Positions 36,590 to 48,578 of a stretch of 64,000 nt of DNA are shown here, one piece after another; position 1 is the first letter of the stretch, and every line of letters starts with the position of its first letter. The stretch is from Callorhinchus milii (lineage: Eukaryota), in the NCBI RefSeq assembly GCF_018977255.1, contig NW_024704742.1:74712001-74776000 (forward strand), given 5' to 3'. The notes under the pieces were generated by a model. That model was not told the origin of the DNA and made no database searches. It saw nothing but the letters and a program-made list of their open reading frames with translations. Made by a program: the position numbers and the translations under genes.

Positions 36590-39072
36590 CCTCTCAATGC
36601 CCTTGCTTCCCTCACTTCCTGAACCATCTCCTACTCACGAAAGTCACCACGGTATATCAGTCACCTCTGCTCCCGTAAGGCACAGGTGTGTGACCCTGAA
36701 TGTACCTACTTTAAATCCAACCTAACGGTCCATTGGCAGATCTGGCTGGACCTTATCAAATCTTACTGCTCCGCCCTCGCCTCATTAAACCCAGGTTCCT
36801 CTTCTCCATCACGAACCGGCTCCTCTGCCCACCCGCTCACGCCTTGCCCATCCTCACCTCCAATGCCAACTGGGAGGCAATGCTGGACTTTCTCAAAACC
36901 AAAGTTGAGGGGATCCACTCAGCGGTCTCTGCCCTTCCATCTACTACCCTCTCCATTTCTCCCCCTCACACCCTGGCCCCTACAAATCCCTCTTTCCATA
37001 CCTTCGATCCTGTCTCCCACTACTCTCTCAGCATCACTATAATCTGCATGAAACCAACCACCTGCTCCCTCAACCCCATCCCTGAATGGCCTATTCCTGT
37101 TTCTATGTACCAACAATTAGTTTCTAAAAAGTTTCCATTCTCTTAGTTGAATGAAGAGTGAATTTGAAGTACTAGCTTGGAAAGTATCTAAAGAAAGTTG
37201 GATGCATTCTGTGCTACCCGCAGCACTGAAACAGCTCTGGTCAAAGTAGCAAATGACATTCTGCCCATCTGCGACCAGGGCTCCCTCTGCCTCCTTGTCC
37301 TCGTTGACCTCTCTGCTGCCTTTGATACTGTTGACCACTTTATCCTCCTCCATCGCCTCTCCTCTCACCTCACCTTCATGGTTCTGTTCTTGAATGGTTC
37401 AGATCGTACCTCTCACACCGCCTCCACTTCATCTCTACACAGTTTCTCTCTAGCCCCCGCACCATATCGTGCGGCATTCTTCAGGGCTTTGTCCTTGATT
37501 CCCTCCTCTTCAATGTCTATATTCACAAACAACAACAACAACAAAATTACATTTATAGAGCACCTTTCATGTCGGGAGTAAGTCCCAAAGCGCTGAACAG
37601 TCTAGTATTGGGGCCCGAGCATGGGGGAGGGGTGGTGTAGGGGTCAGGGAAGGCAGAGAGGTGGGAGGGAGACCAAAGGCATGGTTGAAGAGAAGGGTCT
37701 TGAGACTGGCCTTGAAGGAGGCAAGGGAGGGAGCGAGGCGAAGGGACCGTGGGATGGAGTTCCAGAGTGTGGGGGCAGAGAGGCTGAAATCCCGGCCACC
37801 GGTGGTAGAGCGGCTAGGGAGGGAGACATGGAGCAGGCCGGAGCCCGATGAACGGAGTGAGCAGGCAGGTTGGTAGGGAGTCAGCAGGTCAGAGAGGTAG
37901 GAGGGGGCAAGGCCATGGATGGCCTTAAAGGTGAGGATGAGGATCTTGAACTCGATTCTCTGAGGGATGGGGAGCCAGTGGAGTCGGGCGTGGGTGGGAG
38001 TCATGGAGTCACGGAGCCTGGTGCGTGAGAGTACACGAGCTGCAGAGTTTTGGATGATCTGCAGCTTGTGAAGGGAAGAGTTGGGAAGGCCGATGAGGAG
38101 GGAGTTCCCGTAATCGAGCCTTGATGTGACGAATGAGTGGGAGGTTGTTTCGGCAGCCTGAGGGGTGAGGCAGTGGCGGAGTCTGGCAATGTTGCGGACA
38201 TCAAGTCCTAGATGAGAGCTAACTTTCTTCAGCGGGACGTCAATCTGCAAGCCCGAGGCCCTCTTGATTGGCTTCCTTCAGCGCTGCCACACCTCAGGAG
38301 CTGACAGCATCGCAATCCGTGGATGCACATTCCACCTTACTAAGCCAGTCTGGAACTTGGCATCTTGTTTGACCCTCACTTATCCTTTCCAACCCACATC
38401 TGTGCCATGACCTGCTTTGCCTTCCCCCATCTCCACAACATTGCCCGGCTGCTTCACTGTCTCACACCACAGGCCGCCAAGACCCTCATACACGCATTCA
38501 TAACATCCAGGCTTGACTACGCAAACTCCCTGCTTGTCGGCCACCCCATCTCCTCCCTCTGTAGGCTGCAGAACATCCAGAACTCTGCAGCCCGTATCCT
38601 TTCCCGCATCAGGCTCCGTGACCCTATCACCCCCATCCTCGCACGACTCCACTGGCTTCCCATCACTCAAAAAATACAGTTCAAGATCCTGGTCCTCATC
38701 TTCAAAGACCTCCGGGACCTTGCTATCCCCTACTTCTGCGACTTCCTAACCCCCTACCATCCTGCTCGCTCCGCTCAGCGTGCTCCAGCCTGCTTAATGT
38801 CCCCCGCTCCACCATCAGCCACTCTGCCCCCATCATCTGGAGCTCCATCCCGCAGTCCCTCCGCTTCGCCCCCTCCCTTGTGTCCTTCAAGACCCGTCTC
38901 AAGACCCTCCTCTTCGATCGTGCTCTCGATCACCCTTCTTCCCCACCCCCCCCACCCCCACCCTCCATCATCTCCAATTCCGACCCCCAGCTCGGGTCTG
39001 AAACACTGACGGTCCAGCGCCTCGGGACGTCCTCCCGACGTGAAAGGCACGATACAAATGTAATTTTGTTAT
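36590..39072 (+). mobile_element. Long rearranged L2 LINE (host) with internal deletions, an inverted templated insert (37082-37208) and a nested antisense L2 (37526-38200)
   Basis: MKPTTCSLNPIP / [25 protein letters not shown] / SRLDYANSLL..QNSAARILS..LHWLP; 3' tail at ~39015-39072. Confidence 0.9.
37526..38200 (-). mobile_element. Nested antisense 5'-truncated L2
   Basis: Minus-strand ORF RNIARLRHCLT..SRLDYGNSLL..LHWLPIPQRIEFKIL..APTLWNSIP..FKASLKT; CAA tail at 37526. Confidence 0.93.
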
Positions 39073-39702
39073 AAATGTTTGCAAGATAGTTTGGGAAAGG
39101 TTTTAGAAATATCTTCAGGGGAAATTTATCTCAACACAGAAATACCTTGTCAAAGGCATTTAAAATGTTCCCTCGAGTTCAGAACTGTGTTAAATGAGGT
39201 TTATTTTTCACAAGCATCCTGTTTGATCTATCACAACAAGCTGCATTCACTGAAAATATTTTGTGGAACAAGGAAGTCCTGAAGTTTAGTGGTTTGATGT
39301 ATAATTTCAGCAGTTCTCTATGACTTCAGAATAACTGCAGAATTGACTATTTCCAGGCAGTGACTGCTTATGCAAAGGCAACAAGATGTTCCGTTTTGAA
39401 TTAGTTTTACCCATTGCAATTCCTGTGGAAATCTCAAGACAGGATTATTCTCTATTTTTAGGAGGTTGTCGTTTGTAGCCAAAAAGTTTCACTGTTCTTG
39501 ATGGGGAAGAGGAATTTAATTGAGCTTCTGTGAATCGTTCCTCTGATGTATATTTTTAAGATGCTTTATACAGTAAAATATCCACAACCTTAAAAGATAG
39601 GTAATCCTTAGGCAACAAAAGAGTCAAGTATTATGAAGTTTAAGGACAGTGCAGGAAATATTTTTCACATAGAATATATTCAACATCTGGAAGGAGTTAA
39701 AA

Positions 39703-39810
39703 TAATAGTAAGCCTTGTATTTGATATCGCGCTTATCACATTGGGAGAATGTCTGAAGCGCTTCAAAAGATTTACTGTAAAGTGTAGTGACAGTGTATTT
39801 TGTAAGCAAA
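39703..39810 (-). mobile_element. SINE 3' fragment
   Basis: ccttgtatttgatatcgcgcttatcac..aagcgcttca. Confidence 0.65.
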
Positions 39811-40404
39811 CTAACTATTTTGGAAGATTGCTCAAGCCGTAGACATTGGACTTGAGAAACATTGTGATGCTTTAATTGAAAGCAAGAGTTGATATTCTGG
39901 AAGGATGATATCAAATGGATTGGAAAGTTATATAATAGTATCTGATGTATATCTTATAATAGTTGCCTCTATTTATTCATCTGAACTCGTGAAATGGGGA
40001 AATGTGCTAACCTAGTTGTGCTACTTTACAAAGATTTTTAATTTTGCAAAGAAGAATACTTGCTCTCGTGGTGCAGGAAGTTGACATGTTTTGTCACTTC
40101 CAGCTCGCTGCTCATGTTTTGTGATGCATAGGTAGTGCTGCTGAGATCACTTTGTAAACAAAGCTTTTTTTTGCATTGGCAGTGAGCAGGAAGTGACGTT
40201 AATTGTAACCTGATGAGCCAGAACTCTCTTTAAAGTGGGGGTTGGACTCGGAGCAGTGTTTTATATCGGGGTTGTCCGATACCAATTTCTTATATGATTG
40301 AACTCAAAAAAACTGCATGTGTTCCTTCTACTAGAAATTAGTGTTAGAGGGGGAGAAGGGGTCCTTTCCTTTCAATCTTCGACTATTATTTTCTTAGTAA
40401 AAAA

Positions 40405-40820
40405 ACCCGCTGAGAGGAGGGAGCGGGCAGGTTGGTAGGGGGTTAGAAGGTTGCAGAGGTAGTGGGGGAGCAAGGCCGTGGAGGGCTTTGACGGTGAGGA
40501 CCAGGATCTTGAACTGTATCCTCTGTGTGATGGGAAGCAGTGGAGTTGGGCAAGGATGGGGGTGATGGGGTCGCAGAACCTGGTGTGGGAGAGGACACAG
40601 GCTGCAGAGTTCTGGATGATCTGCAGCCTAAGGAGGGAGGAGTTGGGGAGGCCGATAAGCAGTGAGTTGTCGTAGTCAAGCCTAGATGTTATGAACGTGT
40701 ATGAGCGTTTCGGCGACCTGCGGTGTGAGTCAGTGGAGGAGCCGGGCGATGTTGCGGAGGCGGGGGAAGGCAGAGCAAGACATGGAAAGATATGGGGTAG
40801 AAAGGATAGTTGAGAGTTAA
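40405..40820 (-). mobile_element. L2 fragment
   Basis: FITSRLDYDNSLLIGLPNSSLLRLQIIQNSAA. Confidence 0.88.
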
Positions 40821-40984
40821 TGTACTTTACTGAAAAATGATGTGTGCAAAATTGCCCCGTTATTACTTTAGCAATTGGGTACACACGCAATTTAGCATAC
40901 CGCCATACAAAAAAGTCTATAACCCGGTCCATCATCTCTTCACTGGTAAAGGGAAAGTGCTAAAATGTGAAAAGAATTTTAGGC

Positions 40985-41640
40985 TTTATAAATTGGGCCA
41001 TTACAAGAGCAAAGGAGTGATGTTAATTTGTGGGAAAAAAAGTCAGGAGTATTGAATTCATTTTTGGAAAAGAATCCTTTTATGGAGTCATAATCACAGA
41101 GTGAATAATGGGGATTCATGATGAATCAACTAAGGCTAAGAAGTTTCAGTGAGAAGAGATTTGAAAAAATGGATTGTTTTTGCTTGAACAGATAAAATAC
41201 TAGACAATCGAGTGGAGGCTTTTAAAATTGTGAATAATTTTGGTGGGTTAAATGGAGAAACTATCCCCAATCATTAATGAATCAATAGCAGGTTTATTAG
41301 AATCATACAGCACAGAAGGAGGTCACTCGGCCTATCGTGCCGACTCTTTGAAAGAGTTATCCAACTAGTCCGACTCCCCCACTCTTTCTCCATAGCCATG
41401 CAAAACATTTTTTATGAAAAGGGATTTTTTTTAACACAAAGAATTATTAAGAATATGGAAACAGAGATAAATGGCTAGTCAAGCTGGATCCACAAAAGCA
41501 TCAATACGAGAATTGGATAAATGAAGAAAAAATAACTACTACCTACGTAGAAAGAGCAAGGGAATGAGGTTATAGCTTCATTCATGGAGCTGGCATTAAT
41601 ACAGATACAATTTGAATGGTCGCCTTCTGGCTGTAAACAT
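40985..41640 (+). mobile_element. Decayed CR1 3' region with a nested antisense CR1 tail (~41297-41405)
   Basis: gaggcttttaaaatt..ttttaacacaaaga..; nested agaatcatacagcacagaaggagg..gaaagagttatccaa. Confidence 0.65.
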
Positions 41641-43502
41641 TTGGTTTGATGGTGGTCATATGCAGTGAGAGGAGGCATTTAAAATATATCGTGAAACATT
41701 TCAGAATTTTATTGCTACAGTAAAATATTTGATCAATTTTAAGTTTATTTTTAAAGGTATGTTTTGTTTCAGTTCCATTTACCCCAAACCATATTACTGT
41801 GCAGATTTTCATTTTATAAGGTAGATCAATAATTTCAGCAATCCTTGGGATAAGCAGATCTTGAAAGTAAAATCTAGTTTAGGATTTATACTGTGGAGAT
41901 ATTACAAGTTGATGCTCTTGAGTGTGCAACATTTCAAACCCTTAGCTTTATAATTCAAAACATCAAAGGTACTGTAATATTCACCACTTAATTGTGTACT
42001 GTCTTTCTTTCCAAAGTACATTCAGCTGTATTAAACTCTTATAAAAGATAAAATTAAAGCTCAAGGTACTTTAAAAGGAGTTGACAAAGTAGCTTTACCA
42101 TTTTAAATCAAGACAACTCCTACGGTACTTTGATGCTGCAACCATTGTTTGTCTGACATTCTGAGATGTGTCCTTCTTTCTCAAAATGTGCATTTTCGGG
42201 CCACAAACTGGCAAGTGTTGCTATTCTGCAGTAAGAACCACTGGTCTGTTGATATAATAGAAATAAATTGTTTACTGGATCTTCCACATTATTGAGGTTT
42301 GTAAAACATCGTAGACAAAAGGTACTTCTGCAGTTACCTTTCCATTGGTCTGGTTGCAAGCTCATTATTAAATGTGCAGATATTGGTAGTTTTGACCAGG
42401 CTTTATTTGCATGTGCATGCACTTATACTTGGCCAAGTTAATTGGAAAAAACCTTAATCTTCTGATTAAGGCATGACATCTAATTCTTGCATAAAATATT
42501 ATTGAATATTTTATCCTTCAGTGACTGTAAGTAAAATGTTAGAACAAGCAATTATATAAATTTAGGCAAAGTGCACTGCAACAAATTTACCACTTGTTAA
42601 CTTTCCATTTTCATACTTTCATTTCATACCATTCATTCATATCAATGAAACTAACTGCAGGTGATTTTATAAAGCTAAATGCAGGAATGCAGCACCGGAA
42701 TTTAAATAATAGAATTATCCAGCATTTCAGGACATTCATGATCATTTAAAATCCTCTAAAATCCTTAATTCTAATATTCAAAACTTGAACTCTTGGAAGA
42801 AATGGCAGGGACAAATGTTGATTTATATTTTGGGTTGGTGGAAATCACTAAAATTGGCAAACATCAATATTTTTTTCCAATGTTCTCAAAAATAAATTTT
42901 CATTGCCAAACTTTTTTAAATCACTTTTTAATGATAACAACGACCAACTTCAGGAAGTCAGATTGCCACACATGTCACTTCCTATGTGTTGCGCTTGTGT
43001 CTGTACATAAGTAGGCCAGCTGCATCCATTGGCCTTTCTTGCTCTTAGTGCTCCTGCGCAGTATGTAGGAATTGATGTCTCTGATGACCTGACAACGTGG
43101 AAGGCATCCATTGTGGTCAAAATTTATAATTGAAAAATTAATTTAAAGTAATTGTTAATATCATTGTGAAAATCAGAAAAAATAATCGATTTTTATTAGG
43201 CTGATCTCTAACTTAATGGTCTAGATGCTGTTGGCGACATTCTGATGTGTTATCAAACTTTTGTAACTATCCATCATTCATATTTGACTGCTAATTAAAG
43301 TTAAATTGGAAGAGAACATCGGAATTGAGCTTACAAGAATTCAAGATTGTGCACAATTTTATGATCACGCTGTGACTAGCTGTTAGGAATTATTTCTTAC
43401 TGAAAGCATGATTCTCTCTTTAAAATCAACAATGTTCCCTTTGGTCAAATATAGCTTTATTGTTGCACTCATTTGTTTTTATTTTTCGTTGTTTACCTCC
43501 AG

Positions 43503-43597
43503 TCTACTCCTCTTCACCTGGCAGCTGGGTATAACCGTGTCCGGATTGTTCAGCTTCTTCTCCAGCATGGTGCTGATGTACACGCTAAGGACAAAGG
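43503..43597 (+). CDS. TNKS: TNKS exon 6 (95 nt): [32 protein letters not shown] (ARC2)
   Basis: ctccag| acceptor, |gtgagt donor. Confidence 0.96.
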
Positions 43598-44599
43598 GTG
43601 AGTAAAGGACATTTTAACCAGTAGTGTACTTGACAACCTCCTTAGTAGTTTTATAGTTGTGATTCAAAACGGTCAAATTAAATGCAATTAATTTGCATTT
43701 ACAAAGATGTTAACTTGAAGAGTATTTGGATGTGAAAATTGAGTATTTGTTACAACTATTTTATTGGTGATTGGAATGAAGGATCGAGAGAAGTAGTGTA
43801 AGTGGAATCGCTTATAAAATAAATTGTAGAAATCAATCTTGATATCTCTTGCGGTATGCTTTGCTTATTCATACCACTCGCTCCTGGATAAATGCTTCTC
43901 CAGTAAATGATATTCACCATACATCTTCCCCCAACAGCTCACTTGCAAAAGCTAATGTTCACTATGAAACTGAGCCGCACAGAATGGATCCCACTCTGTG
44001 TTTAGTTTAGTAATCTTAGATGGAGTTGCAATCACCTAAACAAAGCGCACAGTTACTATAAAGTAAATCCTTTGAGACTTTTTCCCAATATATAAAACTA
44101 GCAAATAAAGGGTTATTATTATTATTATTAGCAAATGCACATTTTAGTCAGAGTGTTCAACCAGTTCACTACAGACAAAAGGGCTTGGTACTGTGTGGGA
44201 TGGAGGAGAGAATAAGGATTGGCATTGTGTGTATGGAAGAAGTTGTTGTTGTTAGCACTGTTAGCATAAGGAGAAGGGAAAGATGGAAACTGGTTATGAT
44301 CTGGGAAGAGAAATTAATCCATAATGATCACAATACATGTTTTTGGTCAGTACTCAGATTGTGTTTTTTGGAGAGTTATCCTTGTTTTTATATCCTCATT
44401 AATATGATATTAAGTCTCTACTGTATTGACATCTTGCCACAAACCAATCTGTGTATGGGTTGGGTTTCTTTGAACTGATTTTATGCTGTATGCAATAAAG
44501 TGTTTGAAATTTGAGATGAAGAACATATCCTATAACCAGTGTTAATACAATAGTAAGCTTAGAAATATTATAAAGGTTAAAATGAGAAAAAGCATTTGG

Positions 44600-45380
44600 A
44601 CCATCAACCCCACTGCTTTATTTATGAACCCTTCCAGTTTGACCTTCACCCTATCCCTAGCGCCAAGACCACCTTGGTCAAAGCTACCAATGACATTCTC
44701 TCTGTGTGACGAGGGCTCTCTATGCCTTGTTCACCTTGATTCATTCATATCACTTGCAAATTCATTCAAACCATTATTGTTATATATGAATTGATTGATT
44801 CCCCCCAAAAAAATTCACTAACCAGCGCCTTGGGACGTCTTTCCAACGTGAAAGGCGCTCTATAAATGTACTTTGTTGTTGTTGATCTTTCTACTGTCTT
44901 TGATACCGATTACCATTTCATTCTTTTCACTGCCTCTTCTCTCTGATCCACCTCCAAAGATCTGTCTTGAACTAACTCCTACCTATCCCAGCGTCTCCTT
45001 TTTATCTCTTCTAACAGTTTCTCCTCCTGCCTCCACATTGTCACTTGTGGTGTTCCTCAGGACTATATCCTTGGTCCTCTTCTTTTCACGATCTACATAC
45101 TTTCACTCAGTGACAGCATCTGCAGTCAGTCACGAGGTTCAAATTCACATATATGAGAAGACTCATCTCTCTCTCTCTGCCTTTGCCTCTACCCTCGACC
45201 TCAGAACCACTGCTGTTTTGACCGATTGTTTGGCAGACATCAAGTCCTGGATGAACTCAAACTTTCTCCAGTTGAATGTCGACAAGACCAAGGCTCTCTG
45301 TGGTTCTCAGCTCAGGCGCTGACTGCATCCACCTTGCAGAGTCGGTGCAGAAACGTGGTGTCTTGTTTAACTGCTCACAT
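44600..45380 (+). mobile_element. Decayed L2 RT fragment with a nested chimeric tail insertion (44741-44881)
   Basis: LTDCLADIKSWMNSNFLQLNVDKT; ggtgttcctcagg motif. Confidence 0.8.
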
Positions 45381-45890
45381 CGTGTCTGTGCCGGCTCTTT
45401 GCAAAGAGCTATCCAAATCAATCCCACTCTCCCGCGCTCTCCCCATAACCCTGCAAACGTATCCTCCCCAAATAATTATCTATTTCTCTTAAAAGTTGCT
45501 ATCGAATGCATTCCAGATCCAGACAACTCGCTCTGAAAAAATTTCTCCTCGCCTCCCCTCTGTTTCCTTTAACAACTATTTTAAAACTGTGTCCTCAGGT
45601 TACCGACCCACCCGCCAGTGGAAATAGTTTCTCCTTGTTCACTCTGTCGAATCCCCCATAATTTTGAAAACTTCATTAAGTCTCCTCTTAACCTTCTCTG
45701 CTCCAAGGAGAATAATCCTTCATCATAAGGTTCATCATAATTTTCTGACTTTTGTATTCTATACTCCTATTCTATACTCCTATTTATAGCATCCCATATA
45801 CTTTTTTAACAGCTTTAACTACCTGTTCTGCCACCTTCAAAGATTTACTTATATGAACCCCCAGGTCTCCCTGTTCCTTCACCTCCTTTA
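45376..45890 (-). mobile_element. CR1 3' fragment (same subfamily as 13741-14180)
   Basis: catcgtgtctgtgccggctctttgcaaagagctatccaaatcaatc... highly similar to 13788-14140. Confidence 0.88.
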
Positions 45891-46147
45891 TGATTGAGTC
45901 TTGAGGTTCTCAAAGCAAACTGTCCAGTGAATCCCATTGCCCCACTCTTATCCTCATACTCCATCAAGCCTTTATCTTTCATGTACCTGTTTACTTCCAT
46001 CTTGAAATCCACAATGGAAAAAAGTTCTAATTGTTCACTGTCGCAGATCTATGAGAAAAAATATTTTGTTACATGGTCCTGCTTGAAATTTTATACTTTT
46101 ACCCTCTAGATTTGTTTTTGTGGTCTTAATTCCACCTCATCCACACC

Positions 46148-46322
46148 TTCAAAACTGAGGTTGATAGATTTTTGGTAGGTCAGGGTATTAAGGGATATGG
46201 GGCAAAAGTGGGAAATTGGAATTGAAAGGATTAGTTGGGGTACAGATCAGCCATGATTTAATTAAATGGCGGAACAGGCTCGAAAGGCTGAGGGGCCTAA
46301 TCCTATTCCTATGTTCCTATGC
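46148..46322 (+). mobile_element. CR1 3' end
   Basis: ttcaaaactgaggttgatagatttttg..gatcagccatgat..aatggcggaacaggctcgaa..cctatgttcctatg. Confidence 0.85.
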
Positions 46323-47772
46323 CTCATAATTTTGAAGAAATAAATCATACTCTTTCTCCTCAGCTTTGACCTTCATCCGGGATCATTTTATATTCAAACA
46401 AATTCCTCCTCAGAGGTTGACCAGTTTATTTGCTCTGTCATCTTCATGGCTTTCTGAATTAAATATTTATTATTTTTGGCTCCTTGCGATGAAGCTCTGC
46501 TGCTCTACAAAAGCAATAAACAAAGTACTGCTGTTTGCCAAACATTTTCCCACAGAAGCATTAAGATCACTCTTGACTGCATTTTCTTTTTACCCTTAGA
46601 ATAATCCAAGAAAAGTGACATACTTAAGGGTCTGTGTGTTATTACAGTAATCTCCTGCTACATGTCATCAAGAACATAAAGGTTATTTATATGGAAGGCT
46701 AAGATATTAATGGTCCACTTCTGTCACCTTACTCAGAGATGCATAGCTCTTGTCTTTATGATCTGTATCAGGTGCTAAGAATTGTCATCTGGTTAATTTA
46801 CAATATGAGGACAGTTCAAGTTACCAACAATAATGCTTGAAGGAGATGTGTGAAAGATCCTAACTATGCTTTAAGCATTTGAGATCTTTATACAACAAAA
46901 TGTTAAATGTTTTGGTAGACTTCATAGTACATCTGCTTTTTCTAAACGTAGTAAAAATTAAGATTTGCGTCTACATTTGGAATGTTTTTACAATTATAGT
47001 CTAAATAGCTTTGAAGTGCTCCTTCAGTGGTACATTCGACTACTTGGTGTAGACCAGATTTGTGGAGTTCCAGACTTGGGCTTAATTAAAAATCCAAATC
47101 AAGTCAGAATCGTCTACTTTGCATTACACCAGTCTGATTTTCCACATTTGAGCGAGCTGATTAAGACTTTTCACAACTGGCAGGAAGATGAAAGGCGAAT
47201 TAGATGGACCTTGGTCTTTTTTTCATCTAGTATTTCTTATGTTATGTTCACAAACCTATTGTGCTTCATCTTGGTTTAGAAGGTAATTGGTGTAAATTAT
47301 CACTTTGACTGGTGTGATACCAGACTGTGTGTGTGAGGGTGGGAGGGGAAGGGTCGGGATGAATTGATGGTTTCAATTTCTATCTTTGTGCCTAAGATCC
47401 CGTTTGGTGGTGATGTACAGTTTGAGGGGGTAATATGCTGATAGGAATTCTCAGATCTTTGCAACAAAGTCCATATGTTTTCAATACCTTTAGGGCACTT
47501 GCCCTTCCTTACTTTTCACCATAACCTGGGGTTGGAGGTAATAGGTGGCCTAGTATCTCCACCCCCAGGTTATAGTGAGAAGTAAGGAGAGAAAATTGGA
47601 GAAGGAAAAACACTGAAGTATCTTTGGGAAAATCAGCAAACCTATAAGAACTATGTATTTTTTCTTAGATATGAAAAGTACTTACAAATTAACCTTTTTT
47701 AATGAATATAGAGTTTGTAGGTTTTGTCATGTAATGTCCTTTAGCTAACTTCACCTTTCTGTTTTTAACTAG

Positions 47773-47839
47773 TGGTCTTGTGCCTCTTCATAATGCTTGC
47801 TCATATGGTCATTACGAGGTCACCGAATTGTTGCTTAAG
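47773..47839 (+). CDS. TNKS: TNKS exon 7 (67 nt): [22 protein letters not shown]
   Basis: actag| acceptor, |gtaagc donor. Confidence 0.96.
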
Positions 47840-48059
47840 GTAAGCTCAGTTTGCACTTACTGCTACACCTTCAATCTTGTTCCTCATTGTTTATGAAATG
47901 ATTTGCTTGCTGAGATGCTGTTATGTTCAAAATATTAATATCCGGATAATATTTGCACTCCGATAAATCGGTTTTACATTATTTATTTGCCAATTATGTC
48001 AATATATTTCTGATTTCATTGTAAAAGCACACACTTAGATTGAAAAAAACACAAACTAG

Positions 48060-48232
48060 TTGACTCAATGTGGGTAAAAGCAATCCTTGCTTGGAGCACA
48101 TGTCAATACAGTCAAGATAGTCACGGTTCAAATCCTGGTGTCCGCTAAATTCTCAGCCAGGGCTGTATTTGAGACACTATAATTTGCCTCTCTGGGTTTG
48201 GATACTAGGGTTCCTGCACCTAATCACTATCA
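48060..48232 (+). mobile_element. Old tRNA-headed SINE-like remnant of another family
   Basis: tgactcaatgtgggtaaa (A-box-like), ggttcaaatcc (B box), ctcagccagggctg, agggttcctgcacctaatcactatc. Confidence 0.45.
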
Positions 48233-48578
48233 AGAGAGCAATTCAGATTCATTCAAATTAGATTTGAAGAGACAAAAGGGATTGCTTCAGGAGATGAGAA
48301 TTAATTAAGGTCTGTTCGACTACAAGCACTTGCATTTTTATAGCCCTCTTCACGCTTTATAAATGGGGGGCATCCCAGAGCGCTTGTTCAAAGTTAGAAG
48401 AAGAGAAAAGTTGAAGAAGTTCAAAGTAAATAAAAAACAGAATAGGCCAAGAAAAAGGAAAATGTAAAATAATAGCAAGAAGATCTCAGAAAGCCCAATA
48501 TAGCAAGCCCAGACAATCAGGCAGGTAAGATCGATGTCAGACAGGATATCCAAACTAAAATTATTTAAATATATCATA

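Noticed and set aside
37567..39050. 227-aa and 214-aa ORFs
   Set aside because: C-terminal ORF2 pieces of truncated L2 copies; no complete RT or endonuclease.
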